From Paraphysomonas bandaiensis (taxonomy: Eukaryota; Protista; Chrysophyceae): DNA of 64,000 nucleotides. Location: the NCBI GenBank assembly GCA_965644295.1, contig CBFFRP010000379.1:62001-126000 (forward strand), written 5' to 3'. Positions 63,558 to 64,000 of this stretch are shown here, piece after piece; the first letter of the stretch is position 1, and each line of letters opens with the position of its first letter. A program made the position numbers and the translations under genes. Below the pieces are notes generated by a model that had not been told where the DNA came from, did not search any database, and saw only the letters and a program-made list of their open reading frames with translations.

Positions 63558-64000
63558 TACTGAAAGTCTTATTAAGGTTTAGCAATAGGCGTTAAGAATC
63601 TGCACCAGCTTAGTAGCTAGATGGACAAACTAGTCAAGCTAGATAAGCATCTACCATTTACTGACTAGAGTAAACTCTTGTATCCTACTATTTATCGCTA
63701 CGAGAACTGCTTGTGCGTCTCCGCAAGCACCAAGGTGCGACCATTCTTGCTATATGATAGATGTGTATGTAGGGACGTTGTACAAGTGAAAGCAGTGATC
63801 TAAGTCAACTACTACCACACTGGAACGCTTAAGACTACATTTTATGCAGTTTGCATCTGGGACTGCCTTATGTGCCTCACGGCAACCAGGGGAAGCAGCA
63901 ATATACAATATACCCTTCGGAGTTTGGCAGTCTGGTGGCCTTCCCTTAGGCATTGTGCCAGGTGGCTCGGAGGTATGCGGATGAAGGTCTTACAAAAGGT
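63558..64000 (-). mobile_element. LINE-like remnant ending in tail copy A6 (core 63701-63749); continues beyond the window
   Basis: Full tail homologous to A2-A4; upstream GC-richer DNA reads PKGRPPD, as upstream of A3. Confidence 0.75.

Overview
Gene-dense eukaryotic DNA with short GT-AG introns (about 45-180 bp where traced) and TTAGGG-type repeats. Gene content suggests a stramenopile, possibly chrysophyte-like, protist (inference). About 15 protein genes: a 2-TM unknown, TRIM-like RING/B-box/FN3 protein, ELO elongase, Lag1 ceramide synthase, eIF6, kinesin with an FN3/discoidin-like tail, hybrid histidine kinase, mucin-like membrane protein, DUSP-USP deubiquitinase, LRR multi-TM protein, two hypotheticals, cullin-1, eIF5 and a DEAH helicase. 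Intergenic DNA holds a decayed Copia element, hAT remnants and MITEs, a Tc1/pogo-like MITE, (ATAC)n arrays and a 10x150-bp intronic satellite. The strongest unannotated signal is a dispersed two-part retroposon. Its 88-nt 5' head folds like, and shares landmarks with, the trypanosomatid L1Tc/ingi Pr77 HDV-like ribozyme (3 copies). Its ~190-nt 3' tail has a 49-nt core with a covarying stem and a likely pseudoknot (6 copies). Head and tail are joined in one ~0.49-kb RIME/NARTc-like element at 22446-22932. A second notable locus is a tandem pair of 204-nt hairpins (62821-63257) whose arms look like two different paralogues of a coding gene. All calls were made by eye; no searches or folding programs were run.
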